DNA of 48,065 bases from Planctomycetota bacterium (GTDB lineage: Bacteria; Planctomycetota; PLA2; JAEUHO01): contig JBFWRP010000024.1 in NCBI GenBank assembly GCA_050248855.1, positions 21,794 to 69,858 on the forward strand, in the 5' to 3' direction. Below, in pieces: positions 15,572-25,555 of this stretch (positions are counted from its first letter, which is position 1; every line of letters starts with the position of its first letter). The notes beneath the pieces are model-generated. The model saw only the letters and a list, made by a program, of their open reading frames with translations, was not told where the DNA came from and did not search any database. Made by a program: the position numbers and the translations under genes.

Positions 15572-17464
15572 TCAGGCCACGTCGGAGATGAGGTTGTCCA
15601 CGATGAACGAGCGGCGCTCCGGCGTGTTCTTGCCCATGTAGAACTCGAGACAGCGCCCGACTTCGCTCATCTGCTTGATCGTGACGGGCTCCAGGCGGAT
15701 GTCCTTGCCGATGAAGCCCTTGAACTCGTTGGCGCTGATCTCGCCCAGCCCCTTGAAGCGCGTGACCTCGGCCTTGGAGAGCGCCGCGATGGCGGCGTCG
15801 CGCTCGTCCTCGGAGTAGCAGTAACGCGTCTCCTGGCGGTTGCGGACCCGGAACAGCGGTGTCTCGAGGATGTACAGATGGCCCTTGGTGACCAGCTCCT
15901 CGAAGTAGCGCAGGAAGTAGGTGAGCAGGAGGTTGCGGATGTGCATGCCGTCGACGTCGGCGTCGGTGGCGATCACCACGCGGTTGTAGCGCAGGCGCTC
16001 GAGGTCGTCCTCGATGCCCAGCGCCCGCATGACGTTGTAGAGCTCTTCGTTCTTGTAGATGGCGTCGCGCTTCTGGCCGAACGTGTTGAGCGGCTTGCCG
16101 CGCAGGCTGAAGATGGCCTGCGTGTGGACGTCGCGGGCCTGGACCATGGCGCCGCCCGCCGAATCGCCTTCCGTCAGGAAGATCGTGGTCTCCTCGCGTC
16201 GCTTGCTTCGCGGGTCGTCGTAGTGCTCCTTGCAGTCGATCAGCTTGGGGATGCGGATGGCCACCTTGCGGGCCCGCTCGCGGGCCTCCTTCTTGATGGC
16301 GGAGAGCTCCTTGCGGACCCGCTCGTTGGCCTTGACCTTGTCGAGCAGCGCGGCGGCTTCCTCGGGGTGCGAGTGGCACCAGCGCACGACCTGGTTCTTG
16401 ACCTCCTGCACGATCCACCCGCGGACCTCGGTGCTGCCGAGCTTGTTCTTGGTCTGGCTCTCGAAGACCGGGTCCTGGACCTTGACGGCGATGGCGCCGA
16501 GCAGGCCGTCGCGCACGTCCTCGCCCGCGAAGCTCTTGCCGGCGAACTCGTTGACGCCCTTGAGCACGCCCTCGCGGAAGGCGGACTGGTGCGTGCCGCC
16601 GTCGTTGGTGTACTGGCCGTTGACGAAGCTGAAGTACGTCTCGCCGTAGGTGTTGGTGTGCGTCCAGGCGAACTCGAGGCGGTCCAGCCGGCAGTGGGCT
16701 ACCTCGTAGAGCGGCTGCTCCTCGCCGAGCTCGTCGCGGAGCAGGTCGGCCAAGCCGTTCTGGCTGACGAACTTCTCCTTGCCGTACTCCAGCGTGAGGC
16801 CGGCGTTCAAGTGGGCGTAGTAGCGGAGACGATGGGCGATCGTCTCCTCGTCCCACCCGTAGGTGCCGAAGATCTCGGGGTCGGGCGTGAAGCGCACCAG
16901 CGTGCCGTCGCGGACGCCGGGCTCCTTGCCCTTCTTGTCCTCCTGGATGCGGCCTTGCGAGAAGCGCGCGCGGCGGAAGGCCCCCTCGCGCCAGGAGCAC
17001 ACCTCGAAGTCGCTCGACAGCGCGTTGACGGCCTTGGTGCCGACGCCGTTCAGGCCCACGGAGAACTGGAAGACGTCGTCGTTGTACTTGCCACCCGTGT
17101 TGATCTGGCTGACGCACTCGACGACCTTGCCGAGCGGGATCCCCCGCCCGAAGTCGCGCACTTCCACGGTGGGCCCGTTGCGTTGGATGGTGATCCGCTT
17201 GCCGTGGCCCATGATGTACTCGTCGACGGCGTTGTCGATCACCTCCTTGAGCATCACGTAGATGCCGTCCTGGGGGTGCGAGCCGTCGCCGATGCGGCCG
17301 ATGTACATGCCGGTGCGGAGGCGGATGTGCTCGAGCGCGTCCAGCGTCTGGATGGCCGCTTCGTCGTAGACGCCCTGGCCGGGCGCCGCGGCGCGGCGCT
17401 TGGGCGCACCGCGGGACGCCGTCCCGGACGTCTTCGGGCGAGCGGACTTCTTCTTCGCAGCCAC
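15572..17464 (-). CDS. parE: DNA topoisomerase IV subunit B
   Basis: EHIRLRTGMYIG, EVIDNAVDE, GLNGVGTKAVNALS, TEGDSAGG, LRGKPLN, DADVDG; AGGAG upstream of GTG 17464. Confidence 0.92.
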   Translation of the reverse strand: MAAKKKSARPKTSGTASRGAPKRRAAAPGQGVYDEAAIQTLDALEHIRLRTGMYIGRIGDGSHPQDGIYVMLKEVIDNAVDEYIMGHGKRITIQRNGPTVEVRDFGRGIPLGKVVECVSQINTGGKYNDDVFQFSVGLNGVGTKAVNALSSDFEVCSWREGAFRRARFSQGRIQEDKKGKEPGVRDGTLVRFTPDPEIFGTYGWDEETIAHRLRYYAHLNAGLTLEYGKEKFVSQNGLADLLRDELGEEQPLYEVAHCRLDRLEFAWTHTNTYGETYFSFVNGQYTNDGGTHQSAFREGVLKGVNEFAGKSFAGEDVRDGLLGAIAVKVQDPVFESQTKNKLGSTEVRGWIVQEVKNQVVRWCHSHPEEAAALLDKVKANERVRKELSAIKKEARERARKVAIRIPKLIDCKEHYDDPRSKRREETTIFLTEGDSAGGAMVQARDVHTQAIFSLRGKPLNTFGQKRDAIYKNEELYNVMRALGIEDDLERLRYNRVVIATDADVDGMHIRNLLLTYFLRYFEELVTKGHLYILETPLFRVRNRQETRYCYSEDERDAAIAALSKAEVTRFKGLGEISANEFKGFIGKDIRLEPVTIKQMSEVGRCLEFYMGKNTPERRSFIVDNLISDVA

Positions 17465-17730
17465 GTGGGCTCCTGACGCCGACAGGCGGGTGGGTGGACA
17501 GGGCCGCGGAGACCGGGGCTCCGCCGCGAGGCCGACCCGGGACCGCCGGAGGGGGGCGCGGGAGGAACCCGCCTCCGAGGGCGTACGTGCGGTGGCACGG
17601 CGCGGCGGGACCGCGTGTCCGGGCAGGCCGCGCTTCCTTATAGCCGTCCCCTGCGCCACGGCGAGAACGGCGTGGACGAGCGTGGGTGCTTCCTCGGCCT
17701 GGCGGCGGCGACCGGTATGATCCGCGCCGC

Positions 17731-18648
17731 ATGGTGCGACCTTCACGCCTCGTACCAGGCCCGCTCGTCCGCTGGTTCGCGCGACCCTACGTGGCGGGCG
17801 GCAGCATGGCGGCAGGCTTGGAGACCGCCCTGGCCCTTCGCGAGGAAGAGGGCAGCGGTGCCACCATGGACCTGCTCGGCGAGGCGGTGCACGAGGACTT
17901 CCACGTGCTGCGCCACGTGGCCGCCTACGAGTCGTTGATCGACGCCCTCGGGCAGGACCCGCGCTTTGCGGATCGCGCCACGCGGCCGACGGTCTCCGTC
18001 AAGCCGTCCGCGTTCACCACCGGGGAGCCGGCCGCCGCCGGCGCGCGGTTGGCGGCCCTGGCGGACCGGGCGCGCGCGCGCGGCGTGGCCCTGACCATCG
18101 ACATGGAGGACCGGGCCTGGACGGATCGCACGATCCGCTGGGCCGTGGACCTCTTCCGACATGGCCACGACGTGGGCACCGTGCTCCAGACGCGCCTGCA
18201 TCGCACCGAGGCGGACCTGGACCGGATCCCGGCGGGCATGCGCCTGCGCCTCGTGATCGGCATCTATCCGGAGCCGGCCGAGTTCGCGCTGCAGGACAAG
18301 GCCGCCATGAAGGAGCGGATGCTGACCTACGCGCGGACGCTCCTGGAGCGGGGTGTGTACGTCGAGTTCGCCACCCACGACGAGGCCTGCCTCGAGCGCT
18401 TCCTGCGCGACGTGGCGCCGATCGCGCCGGATCGCTGCGAGCTGCAGATGCTGCTGGGCGTGCCGCGCCGCGGCTTCTTGCGCCGCCATGCGGCGGGGGA
18501 GCTCGGGGTGGTGCTGCCGGTCCGGCGCTACGTGCCCTTCGCGCTCTCGTGGGACGACGCTACTGCGTACCTGCGGCGCCGCATGGACGAGAGCCCCAAC
18601 CTGATCGGGTCCGTGCTGACGAACCTGCTGAAGCCGGCGAAGCGGTAG
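17731..18648 (+). CDS. Monofunctional proline dehydrogenase
   Basis: ARPYVAG, DLLGE, SVKPS, TIDMED, FATHD, QMLLGV, RYVPF, YLRRRMDESP. Confidence 0.9.
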   Translation: MVRPSRLVPGPLVRWFARPYVAGGSMAAGLETALALREEEGSGATMDLLGEAVHEDFHVLRHVAAYESLIDALGQDPRFADRATRPTVSVKPSAFTTGEPAAAGARLAALADRARARGVALTIDMEDRAWTDRTIRWAVDLFRHGHDVGTVLQTRLHRTEADLDRIPAGMRLRLVIGIYPEPAEFALQDKAAMKERMLTYARTLLERGVYVEFATHDEACLERFLRDVAPIAPDRCELQMLLGVPRRGFLRRHAAGELGVVLPVRRYVPFALSWDDATAYLRRRMDESPNLIGSVLTNLLKPAKR

Positions 18649-18670
18649 GTGGTGCGGAGGGGGGGAAGCC

Positions 18671-18766
18671 CGTACGGAGTCGGGTGAGATTCCACCTTCG
18701 GGCCGCCCTGACCTACCCCATGCGGAAGCGTGTAGCGGCCCGAAGGTGGAAGCTCACCCGACTCCG
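18671..18766. repeat. REP-like family B inverted pair
   Basis: cgtacggagtcgggtgagattccaccttcgggccgc (18671-18706) and gcggcccgaaggtggaagctcacccgactccg (18735-18766), between convergent genes. Confidence 0.9.
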
Positions 18767-19416
18767 GGCCGCGACGACTCGTCGTCGCGGACGACGCGGC
18801 CGCCCTCGTAGCGCCAGACGCCGCGCACGAGCTTGTCGAGGACGCGCGGGTAGACCTCGCGCTCGGCGGCCTGCACGCGCGCCGCCAGCGTCTGGGGCGT
18901 GTCGTCGTGGAGCACCGGTACCGCCACCTGCTCCACGATGGGCCCGCCGTCGACAACGTCGTCCACCAGGTGCACGGTGCACCCGCTCACGCGGCACCCC
19001 CGCTCGATCACCATCTCGTGCACGTGATGGCCGTAGCAGCCGCGGCCGCCGAAGGCGGGTAGCAGGCTCGGGTGCACGTTCACCACGCGACCGGCCCAGG
19101 CGGGTGGGAGCGGGAAGCACGTGAGGAAGCCGCCCAGCACGATCCAGTCGGGTCGATGGGGGGCCAGCGCCGCCAGCAGCGCCTCCGTGTAGGCCGTGCC
19201 CCGATGCTCGCGGCGTGGCACCAAGAGGGCCGGCACGCCGGCGCGACGCGCATGGTCGAGCCCCGTCGCCGACCGGCGGTCCGCCACCGCCGCCACGATC
19301 GTGCCGTGCACGCGACCCTCGTCGACGGCCGCCAGCAGGTTGGCCAACGTCGACCCGCTGCCCGACAGGAGGAACGCGATGCGTGCCGCGGTGCCGGCCG
19401 CCGCGTCCTGCTTCAC
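18754..19416 (-). CDS. purN: Phosphoribosylglycinamide formyltransferase
   Basis: LLSGSGSTL, VNVHPSLLPAFGG, SGCTVHLVD..VDGGPI, LAARVQAAE. Confidence 0.95.
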   Translation of the reverse strand: MKQDAAAGTAARIAFLLSGSGSTLANLLAAVDEGRVHGTIVAAVADRRSATGLDHARRAGVPALLVPRREHRGTAYTEALLAALAPHRPDWIVLGGFLTCFPLPPAWAGRVVNVHPSLLPAFGGRGCYGHHVHEMVIERGCRVSGCTVHLVDDVVDGGPIVEQVAVPVLHDDTPQTLAARVQAAEREVYPRVLDKLVRGVWRYEGGRVVRDDESSRPGVG

Positions 19417-22400
19417 CGACCGTCCTGCCCGTCGCCCTCGCCGGCGTAGGCCACGTCGGCGGGCGGTGCCGAGGAGAGGCCCGCCATCCAGGCCGTAGCC
19501 GTGAGCTCCTTGTCGTCGGTCAGGCCCATCAGCACGTTGCCGACCTCCTGCAGCGCCTTCTGCCACTCCTGTTGCTTGGCGGCGGCCTCTTCGCGCTTCT
19601 CCCTCGTGAACGCATCCATGCCGATGAGCGTGGGGTCCAGCGCGTCCAGCTGCTTCTTGAGCTCGTCCATGCGCCGCAGCGCGTGGAGCCAGCGCGACGA
19701 CGCGCGGCGCTCGAGCTCCAGGGCCTGCAGCCGGCGCTCGACGCCCGCCGTGGCCGCTTCGTCCCCGACGCCGGCGGCCTGCCACGCCCGGTAGGCCGAG
19801 AGAGCGAGGTCGTAGTCGCCGGCGACCTCCGCCAGGACCGCCAGCCCCAGATGCTGGTCGCCCGTGAGCGCCACGCGGGGCTGGCCACCGTCCCGGAAGA
19901 GGAACTCCACCACGTACCGCGGGCCCAACGCCTCGAAGGTGATGCGCTCCTTGTCGCGCTCGATGCTGCTGCGGTCGATGGACTTGACCTTGACGTGGTC
20001 CAGGCGCCCGCGGTCGTCGACCGCGGGGACCTTGTCGGAGCTCCACTCGGCCGGGAACGCTGCCACGAGGCGGTCCAGCGCCGCGGACACGCCATCGGCC
20101 GCCGTGACCCACCACTGGCCGAGCTCGCGGTACTCCGCCGTCTTCGCATCGCGTACGAAGTTCGTGGCGGCGACCTTGGCCGAGGCCGTGTCGAACGTGG
20201 CAAAGAGGCCGCGCGCCGAGCTGGGCCGGAACAGCGCGTTGAGCAGCGTCCAGTAGGCCTTGCTGTCGGCGCCGTACAGCGCATCCACCAGCTTCTTGCG
20301 ACGCTCCTCGAGAGCCCGCTTGCGTCGCTCGGCTTCCGCTCGCTGGGCCTCGATCTCGGTCGCGATCTTGCCGGCGCCCTCGCGCGCGTCCTCCGCCACC
20401 TCGGGCAGCGAGCCGAGGAACGACCTGACCAGCTGGAGCGCCTCGGTCAGATCCGCCGGCGTCGCGCTCTCGCCAGTCTTCGCATGGACGGCCTTGTCGA
20501 GCTCCTCGAAGCGCGCCTGGAGAGCCGCCGACGCCTCGTCGAGCAGGTCCGTCCGGTAGTACGCGGCTTGCGGCAGGCGCTTGCCGAAGCGCTCGGCCGT
20601 GGCGTCTTCGACGTCCTTGGCGCTCACCAGCTCGAACTCGTCGTCGTACTTGCGCGCAGCGATGTCGGTGGCGAGGCCCTGGATGACGGGCACACGCAGC
20701 AGGAGCGCCAGCGCCACCGGATCACCCGCGTCGATGGCGGCCTCGACCTTCTTCTTGTGGGCGTCCAGCACGGCCGCAAGGTCCTCGTGCGCCTGCTCGC
20801 GCTGCTGCTGGATCTCGCTGGCCTTCTCGCGCCGCCGGTTGATGTAGGACTCGACGTCGGAGGCCTGGGCGCGCGCCTCCCTGGCCGTCTTGGCCAGGCT
20901 CTCGGCCGCCCCTTCGTAGAGCTGGCGGATTTCGTCGAGCTCGGCCTTGCCCGCTTCGGCCCGATACGTCTCGGCCTCTGCATCCCAGCCGTCGGCGGCC
21001 TTGCGCAGGTCCGTGACCAGCTGGGGCCAGCGCGCGTCCTTCCAGTTGTCCGCGCTGGTGCGCAGGGGGAAGTCCACGTTCACGAGCGGCTTGGAGATCT
21101 CGTTCGCCTGGATGGTGGCCTGGCCCGTGGCCGTGGTCAGCTCGCCCTTGACCAAGCTGATCGCGGCTTGCCGCTCCTGGGCCATCTGCTCGGCCGTCTT
21201 CGGCTTGACCACCACCTTGTCTTCGCGCGTGAAGGCGAAGATGCCGATCCCGATGGCGGCCAGCGCCGCGATGGCCGCGATGATCAGCGGCTTCTTGCCG
21301 CCGGGCTTGATGCCGTGGGCCTCGAGCCCGTGCTGGAGACGGACCCGGTCGAGCGCCTGCAGCAGGTCCTCGGGCGTGGCGAACCGCTTGTCCGCCTCCT
21401 TCTGCATCAGGTTGTAGACGATGTCGTCGAGGTCCTTCGGGACATCGGGGTTGGTCGCGCTGACGCGGGGCACGGGCTTGTTCAGATGCCCGAGCAGGAT
21501 CTCCTTCACCGTGGTGCCCGGGTACGGGTTCTTGCCCGTGAGGATGCGGTAGAAGGTGCAGCCCAGGCTGTAGAGGTCGGTGCGGTGGTCGATGTCGGGG
21601 CGCCGACGGATGGCTTCGGGCGAGATGAAGTGGGGCGTACCGATGATCCCCTGGTTCATCAGGTCGCCGTGCTCGCTCTTCTTGGCGAGGCCCAGGTCGC
21701 ACAGCTTGGCGCTGCCGTCCTCGGCGAGCATGAGGTTGTCGGGCTTGACGTCGCGGTGCAGGATCCCCTTCTTGCGCGCGAAGATGAGGGCGTTGGCGGA
21801 GTCGAGGAACCAGTTGAGCGCGTCACCCCACTCGGCGGGGCCCGTCTTGACCTTGTCCTCGATGGACCCGCCCGGCATCACCTCCATCGAGAAGAAGTAC
21901 TGCCCGTCGGCTTGGCCGACGTCGTAGACCTGCACGACGTTGGGGTGGTTGAGGGCGCCGGCGGCGCGCGCTTCGTTGACGAACTGGTCCACGAAGTCAC
22001 GGTCGGCGGCGAACTTCTCGCTCAGGACCTTGAGCGCCACCTTGCGGTGCAGCGACAGCTGCTCGGCGACGTACACGCCGCCCATGCCGCCCGCGCCCAC
22101 CTTGCGCTCGACGCGGTAGCCACCGAGCTCCTTGCCCACGAGGGCATCGGGCGGCAGCGTGCGGTGCGTCTCGACGGCAGCGGGGTTGGGCACGCTGCCC
22201 GTGTTGGCGGTGCGGCCCTCGGCGGGCGTGGCGTCCTTGTCGGCTTGGCCGTCGGAGAGGACGCGCAGGATGGAGAGGCCCATCCGCAGCTCGTCGCCGG
22301 CCTTGAGCTGTACCTGGCCGTTGACCGGCTGCCCGTTGACCTGGCAGCCGTGCGTGCTGCCCAGGTCCTTGAGCGCCGCGCTGCCGTTCTCGCCGAGGTG

Positions 22401-22547
22401 GATCTCGGCGTGCTCCTTGGACACGCGCATGTCCAGCACCTGGATGCTCGACTGCGGGACACGGCCCAGCGTGTAGACGCCGGGCGGGCCGAGGCGCCAC
22501 GTGGCGCCGGCCCCCTGACCGTGTTCGAGTCGTACGCGGATGCTCAC
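19413..22547 (-). CDS. FHA-domain Ser/Thr protein kinase with TM helix and long helical C-terminal region
   Basis: FHA (LGR, VSKEHA, DLGSTHG); kinase GAGGMGGVY, VALKVL, HRDVKPDN, DLG, SPE; TM LIIAAIAALAAIGIGIFAF. Confidence 0.93.
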   Translation of the reverse strand: MSIRVRLEHGQGAGATWRLGPPGVYTLGRVPQSSIQVLDMRVSKEHAEIHLGENGSAALKDLGSTHGCQVNGQPVNGQVQLKAGDELRMGLSILRVLSDGQADKDATPAEGRTANTGSVPNPAAVETHRTLPPDALVGKELGGYRVERKVGAGGMGGVYVAEQLSLHRKVALKVLSEKFAADRDFVDQFVNEARAAGALNHPNVVQVYDVGQADGQYFFSMEVMPGGSIEDKVKTGPAEWGDALNWFLDSANALIFARKKGILHRDVKPDNLMLAEDGSAKLCDLGLAKKSEHGDLMNQGIIGTPHFISPEAIRRRPDIDHRTDLYSLGCTFYRILTGKNPYPGTTVKEILLGHLNKPVPRVSATNPDVPKDLDDIVYNLMQKEADKRFATPEDLLQALDRVRLQHGLEAHGIKPGGKKPLIIAAIAALAAIGIGIFAFTREDKVVVKPKTAEQMAQERQAAISLVKGELTTATGQATIQANEISKPLVNVDFPLRTSADNWKDARWPQLVTDLRKAADGWDAEAETYRAEAGKAELDEIRQLYEGAAESLAKTAREARAQASDVESYINRRREKASEIQQQREQAHEDLAAVLDAHKKKVEAAIDAGDPVALALLLRVPVIQGLATDIAARKYDDEFELVSAKDVEDATAERFGKRLPQAAYYRTDLLDEASAALQARFEELDKAVHAKTGESATPADLTEALQLVRSFLGSLPEVAEDAREGAGKIATEIEAQRAEAERRKRALEERRKKLVDALYGADSKAYWTLLNALFRPSSARGLFATFDTASAKVAATNFVRDAKTAEYRELGQWWVTAADGVSAALDRLVAAFPAEWSSDKVPAVDDRGRLDHVKVKSIDRSSIERDKERITFEALGPRYVVEFLFRDGGQPRVALTGDQHLGLAVLAEVAGDYDLALSAYRAWQAAGVGDEAATAGVERRLQALELERRASSRWLHALRRMDELKKQLDALDPTLIGMDAFTREKREEAAAKQQEWQKALQEVGNVLMGLTDDKELTATAWMAGLSSAPPADVAYAGEGDGQDGR

Positions 22548-23305
22548 GCCTGGTCTCCGGTCGCGGGGGGCGGCGCGTCCACCCCTGACGCAACGCCTTC
22601 GAAGAGCGCACGCCCGACCCGGACCACCGTCGCACCCTCCTCGACGGCAAGCTCGAAGTCGTCGGTCATGCCCATGGAGAGCTCGCCCGGCGGCGGGTCA
22701 CCGAGGCCTCGACGTCGAGCGTCGTCGCGAAGGGCTCGTAGGGTACGAAATGTCCGGCGCAGGTCGCCTTCGGACGCCCCGAAAGCGGCCATGGTCATCC
22801 AGCCCACGGGCTCGAGGTGGGGGTGGTTGGACAGCACGTGCTCGAGCGCGCCGAGCGCTTCCTCCGGCGCGAACCCGCCCTTCTGCCCCTCGCCCGACGC
22901 GTTCACCTGGACGAACACCGGCCAGCGATGCCCGAGGCCGGCGAGACACGTCTCGAGCGCGTCCGACAGGCGCAGGCTGTCCAGCGCATGGAACACGTCG
23001 AAGGTCGCCACGGCCTGGGCGACCTTGTTGCGCTGCAGGTGCCCGATCCCGTGCCACGTGAGGCCCGGTGGCGCGTCGGGCTTGCGCCACGCGGCATCCT
23101 GGACGCGGTTCTCCCCCAGGTCCCGGACCCCGGCGCGGGCCAGGGGCCCGTACACCGCCGTGGGGGCCGACTTGGTCACGGCCACCAGGCGGACCGCCGC
23201 GGCCGCGTGGCCGCCACGCGCGCGCGCCGCCTCCAAGCGCGCGCGCACCGCGGCCACGGTGCGGGCGATGTGCTCGGCCTCGGGGGGGGGCAGCTCGCGG
23301 GGCAA
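22544..23305 (-). CDS. yggS: YggS/PLPBP pyridoxal phosphate homeostasis protein (start uncertain)
   Basis: LVAVTKS, GENRVQ, WHGIGHLQRNK, QVNASGEGQKGG, LSMGMTDDFELAVEEGATVVRVGRALF. Confidence 0.93.
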   Translation of the reverse strand: MPRELPPPEAEHIARTVAAVRARLEAARARGGHAAAAVRLVAVTKSAPTAVYGPLARAGVRDLGENRVQDAAWRKPDAPPGLTWHGIGHLQRNKVAQAVATFDVFHALDSLRLSDALETCLAGLGHRWPVFVQVNASGEGQKGGFAPEEALGALEHVLSNHPHLEPVGWMTMAAFGASEGDLRRTFRTLRALRDDARRRGLGDPPPGELSMGMTDDFELAVEEGATVVRVGRALFEGVASGVDAPPPATGDQA

Positions 23306-23431
23306 GCGCGCATGGGACGCCCCGACGTCGTGGCGTCCGCCCCGCGCTGCGGTCCTGCGTGGCCGGCAGCGGGGTCGCCAAGTCGTTGCCACGACCGGAC
23401 TTCCACGGAGGCGGGCGCGTCCACGGCGACC

Positions 23432-23460
23432 TTGACACCCTCCCAGGGCGCTCCTACAAG
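23432..23460 (+). promoter_or_regulatory. Sigma70-type promoter TTGACA-N17-TACAAG
   Basis: Perfect -35 and 4/6 -10 at canonical spacing, about 430 nt upstream of the CDS at 23889. Confidence 0.55.
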
Positions 23461-23888
23461 GTCCGCGTCTCTCCGGGGCGGGAGGGACCGGGCAGGGAGG
23501 CCCGGACGGCCCCGGGGCGAAGGCGTCTGTCAGGCGGTCCGGCCCGATTCCATCGGCCCCGGCAGGGGACGATCGCTGGCATCGGGGGCCTCCCGCAGGC
23601 ACCATGGGAGCCGAGGGTCCCCGATGCAGCGTCCCAGGGGGGGCGTGGCAGCGTGGCCGCGCGGATCGTCGCCGTGGGCAACCAGCCCGCGTCCCGACGC
23701 CGTGCGGCACGAGGCCGTGTCCATCCGGCATGCACGTCGGGGCCAGGGTCCACGGCTAGTGGGCCTCTCGGAAGGCAGCACACGGCAGGGCCGGCGGGCG
23801 GGGGACGCAGGCGGGCAACGCGCTCACGCGCTTGGACCCGGTTGCGTCGTCGCTCGTGACGACTCGCCACGTTGGCAGGAAGAGCACC

Positions 23889-25148
23889 ATGCAGACGTTC
23901 CGGACGACGACGCGGCGGGCCCTTGCGGTGGCCGTGCTGGCCCTGGGCGGCCTTCTCATGCTGGGCGACGGTCGCGCCGCCGGCGATGGCCTGCTCAAGC
24001 CGCCGCAGCCGTGCGATGGCACGCGCCGCGGCGACATCGGCGAGATGCAGCTCGAGCGCCTGCCGTGGAACGTGCACGTGCTGCGCGCCGACCTCAGCCG
24101 CGATCGCCCCGTGGCCATCGCCGGCTTCTACGTGTTCGATCGCAACCTCATCGTCGTCGCCCAGAGCGGCACGGTGTGGTGCCTGGATCGCTTCAACCTC
24201 GAGCCCCGCTGGGCCAACACGCTCAGCGCGCCGCTGTTCCAGCCGCCGGCCGAGGGCGCCACGCACTTCACGTTCCTCTGCAAGGACTACCGCGGGCAGT
24301 TCTGGCTGCATGCCATCAGCAAGCGCTCCGGCGAGGAAGGCCCCGATTTCCCCCGCCGTCTGGGTTTCGCGGCCTCGTCCGGCGTCGCCGCCAACGCCTC
24401 CATGGCGTTCATGGGAAGCCTCGGTGCGGCGAACCACAACAAGACCTTCGAGAGCGTGAACCTCGTCGACGGGCGCGGTGGCTGGGGCTACCTCGCCCCC
24501 GGCATGGTGTTCTCCACGCCCGAGATGGACGCCGCCGGCAAGAACGTGGTCTTCACCACGGACAACGGCCACGTCATCTCGCTGCCCGCCGGCGCCCTGC
24601 CGCCCCGTGGCCCCAACTGGGACGCCACCGTCGGCACCAACATGAAGTTCGGCCCCGCGCTGTCGCCGGAGCAGGTCGTCGTCGCCACGCGGGACGGCGT
24701 CGTCACGTGCCTGGACCTGGACAACGGCGACATGCAGTGGATCGCCAGCGTGAAGGACGAGCCCACGGGTACGCCCTGGATCATGGGCAGCGTCACCACC
24801 GTCGAGACCGACACGGGCATCGAGGGCGCCGACCCGATCCGCACCACCAAGTACATGGGCATCGCCATGGTGCGCAACGTGCGCGGCCTGCACGCCTTCG
24901 ACCTCGCGAGCGGCGAGGCGGTCTTCAACGACCTCGACGCGTCGCGGCCCCTCGCGCGAGCGGGCGACTGGCTGCTCACGCTCGACGGCCAGAACAACGT
25001 GACCTTCCGCAACGCCAAGAAGGGCTACGCGGCTGCCGGCGAGCGCCTGGAGCTCGGGATGTTCGACCTCATCCCGACCAACCGTGCCGACGGCGCGATC
25101 TACGCCGCCACGTCCGACGGCTCGATCGTCGCGGCCATCCCGAGGTAG
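23889..25148 (+). CDS. Secreted PQQ-like beta-propeller repeat protein (BamB-like fold)
   Basis: Signal peptide; blades GTVWCLDR..PRW, GVVTCLDLDNGDMQW, LHAFDLASGE, IYAATSDGSIVA. Confidence 0.75.
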   Translation: MQTFRTTTRRALAVAVLALGGLLMLGDGRAAGDGLLKPPQPCDGTRRGDIGEMQLERLPWNVHVLRADLSRDRPVAIAGFYVFDRNLIVVAQSGTVWCLDRFNLEPRWANTLSAPLFQPPAEGATHFTFLCKDYRGQFWLHAISKRSGEEGPDFPRRLGFAASSGVAANASMAFMGSLGAANHNKTFESVNLVDGRGGWGYLAPGMVFSTPEMDAAGKNVVFTTDNGHVISLPAGALPPRGPNWDATVGTNMKFGPALSPEQVVVATRDGVVTCLDLDNGDMQWIASVKDEPTGTPWIMGSVTTVETDTGIEGADPIRTTKYMGIAMVRNVRGLHAFDLASGEAVFNDLDASRPLARAGDWLLTLDGQNNVTFRNAKKGYAAAGERLELGMFDLIPTNRADGAIYAATSDGSIVAAIPR

Positions 25149-25291
25149 TCGGGGACCGGACCGGGGCGGCCGAGACGGCCGCTCGCGGGGCCGCGCCCCG
25201 ACGGGCTCCGGGGGGTTCCACGAGACCCAAGCGCGTGGGGTGCGCCCCGCCGGGGGTACACTTGCCCCCGACCGCGCCCTCCGGAGGTCCC

Positions 25292-25528
25292 ATGGCCAAC
25301 CCCCTCGCCTCGCTGCCGTCCTTCGTCGCCGGGGTTCCGGGCGGCTGGGAGCTCATCGTCATCCTGCTGATCCTCCTGCTGCTCTTCGGCAGGAAGATCC
25401 CCGGCGTCGCCCGCAGCCTCGGCCAGGGCATCAGCAGCTTCAAGAAGGGCCTGAACGAGCCCCTCGAGGACGAGGACCGCGCCTCCAAGAAGGACCTCCC
25501 CCGCGGCGAGGACCCCTCGACGACGTAG
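25292..25528 (+). CDS. tatA: Twin-arginine translocase TatA
   Basis: GGWELIVILLILLLLFGRKIPGVARSLGQGISSFKKGL; GGAGG SD. Confidence 0.93.
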   Translation: MANPLASLPSFVAGVPGGWELIVILLILLLLFGRKIPGVARSLGQGISSFKKGLNEPLEDEDRASKKDLPRGEDPSTT

Positions 25529-25555
25529 GGAAGCCCGGGGTCTGAACCCGAGCGG

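Noticed and set aside
13621..17464. gyrA/gyrB assignment
   Set aside because: The A subunit is only 638 aa and lacks a GyrA box, consistent with short-type topoisomerase IV.
23740..23790. SRP RNA-like motif (CCAGGGTCC...GGAAGGCAGC)
   Set aside because: Does not form the contiguous CAGG-NNN-GNAA-NNN-AGCAG domain IV hairpin.
19215..25528. Very long overlapping ORFs (19215-23435 +, 22817-25528 +; likewise 3603-6170 -, 15506-17476 +)
   Set aside because: Antisense or alternate-frame shadows of motif-bearing genes, typical of high-GC DNA; only the tatA tail of 22817-25528 is real.
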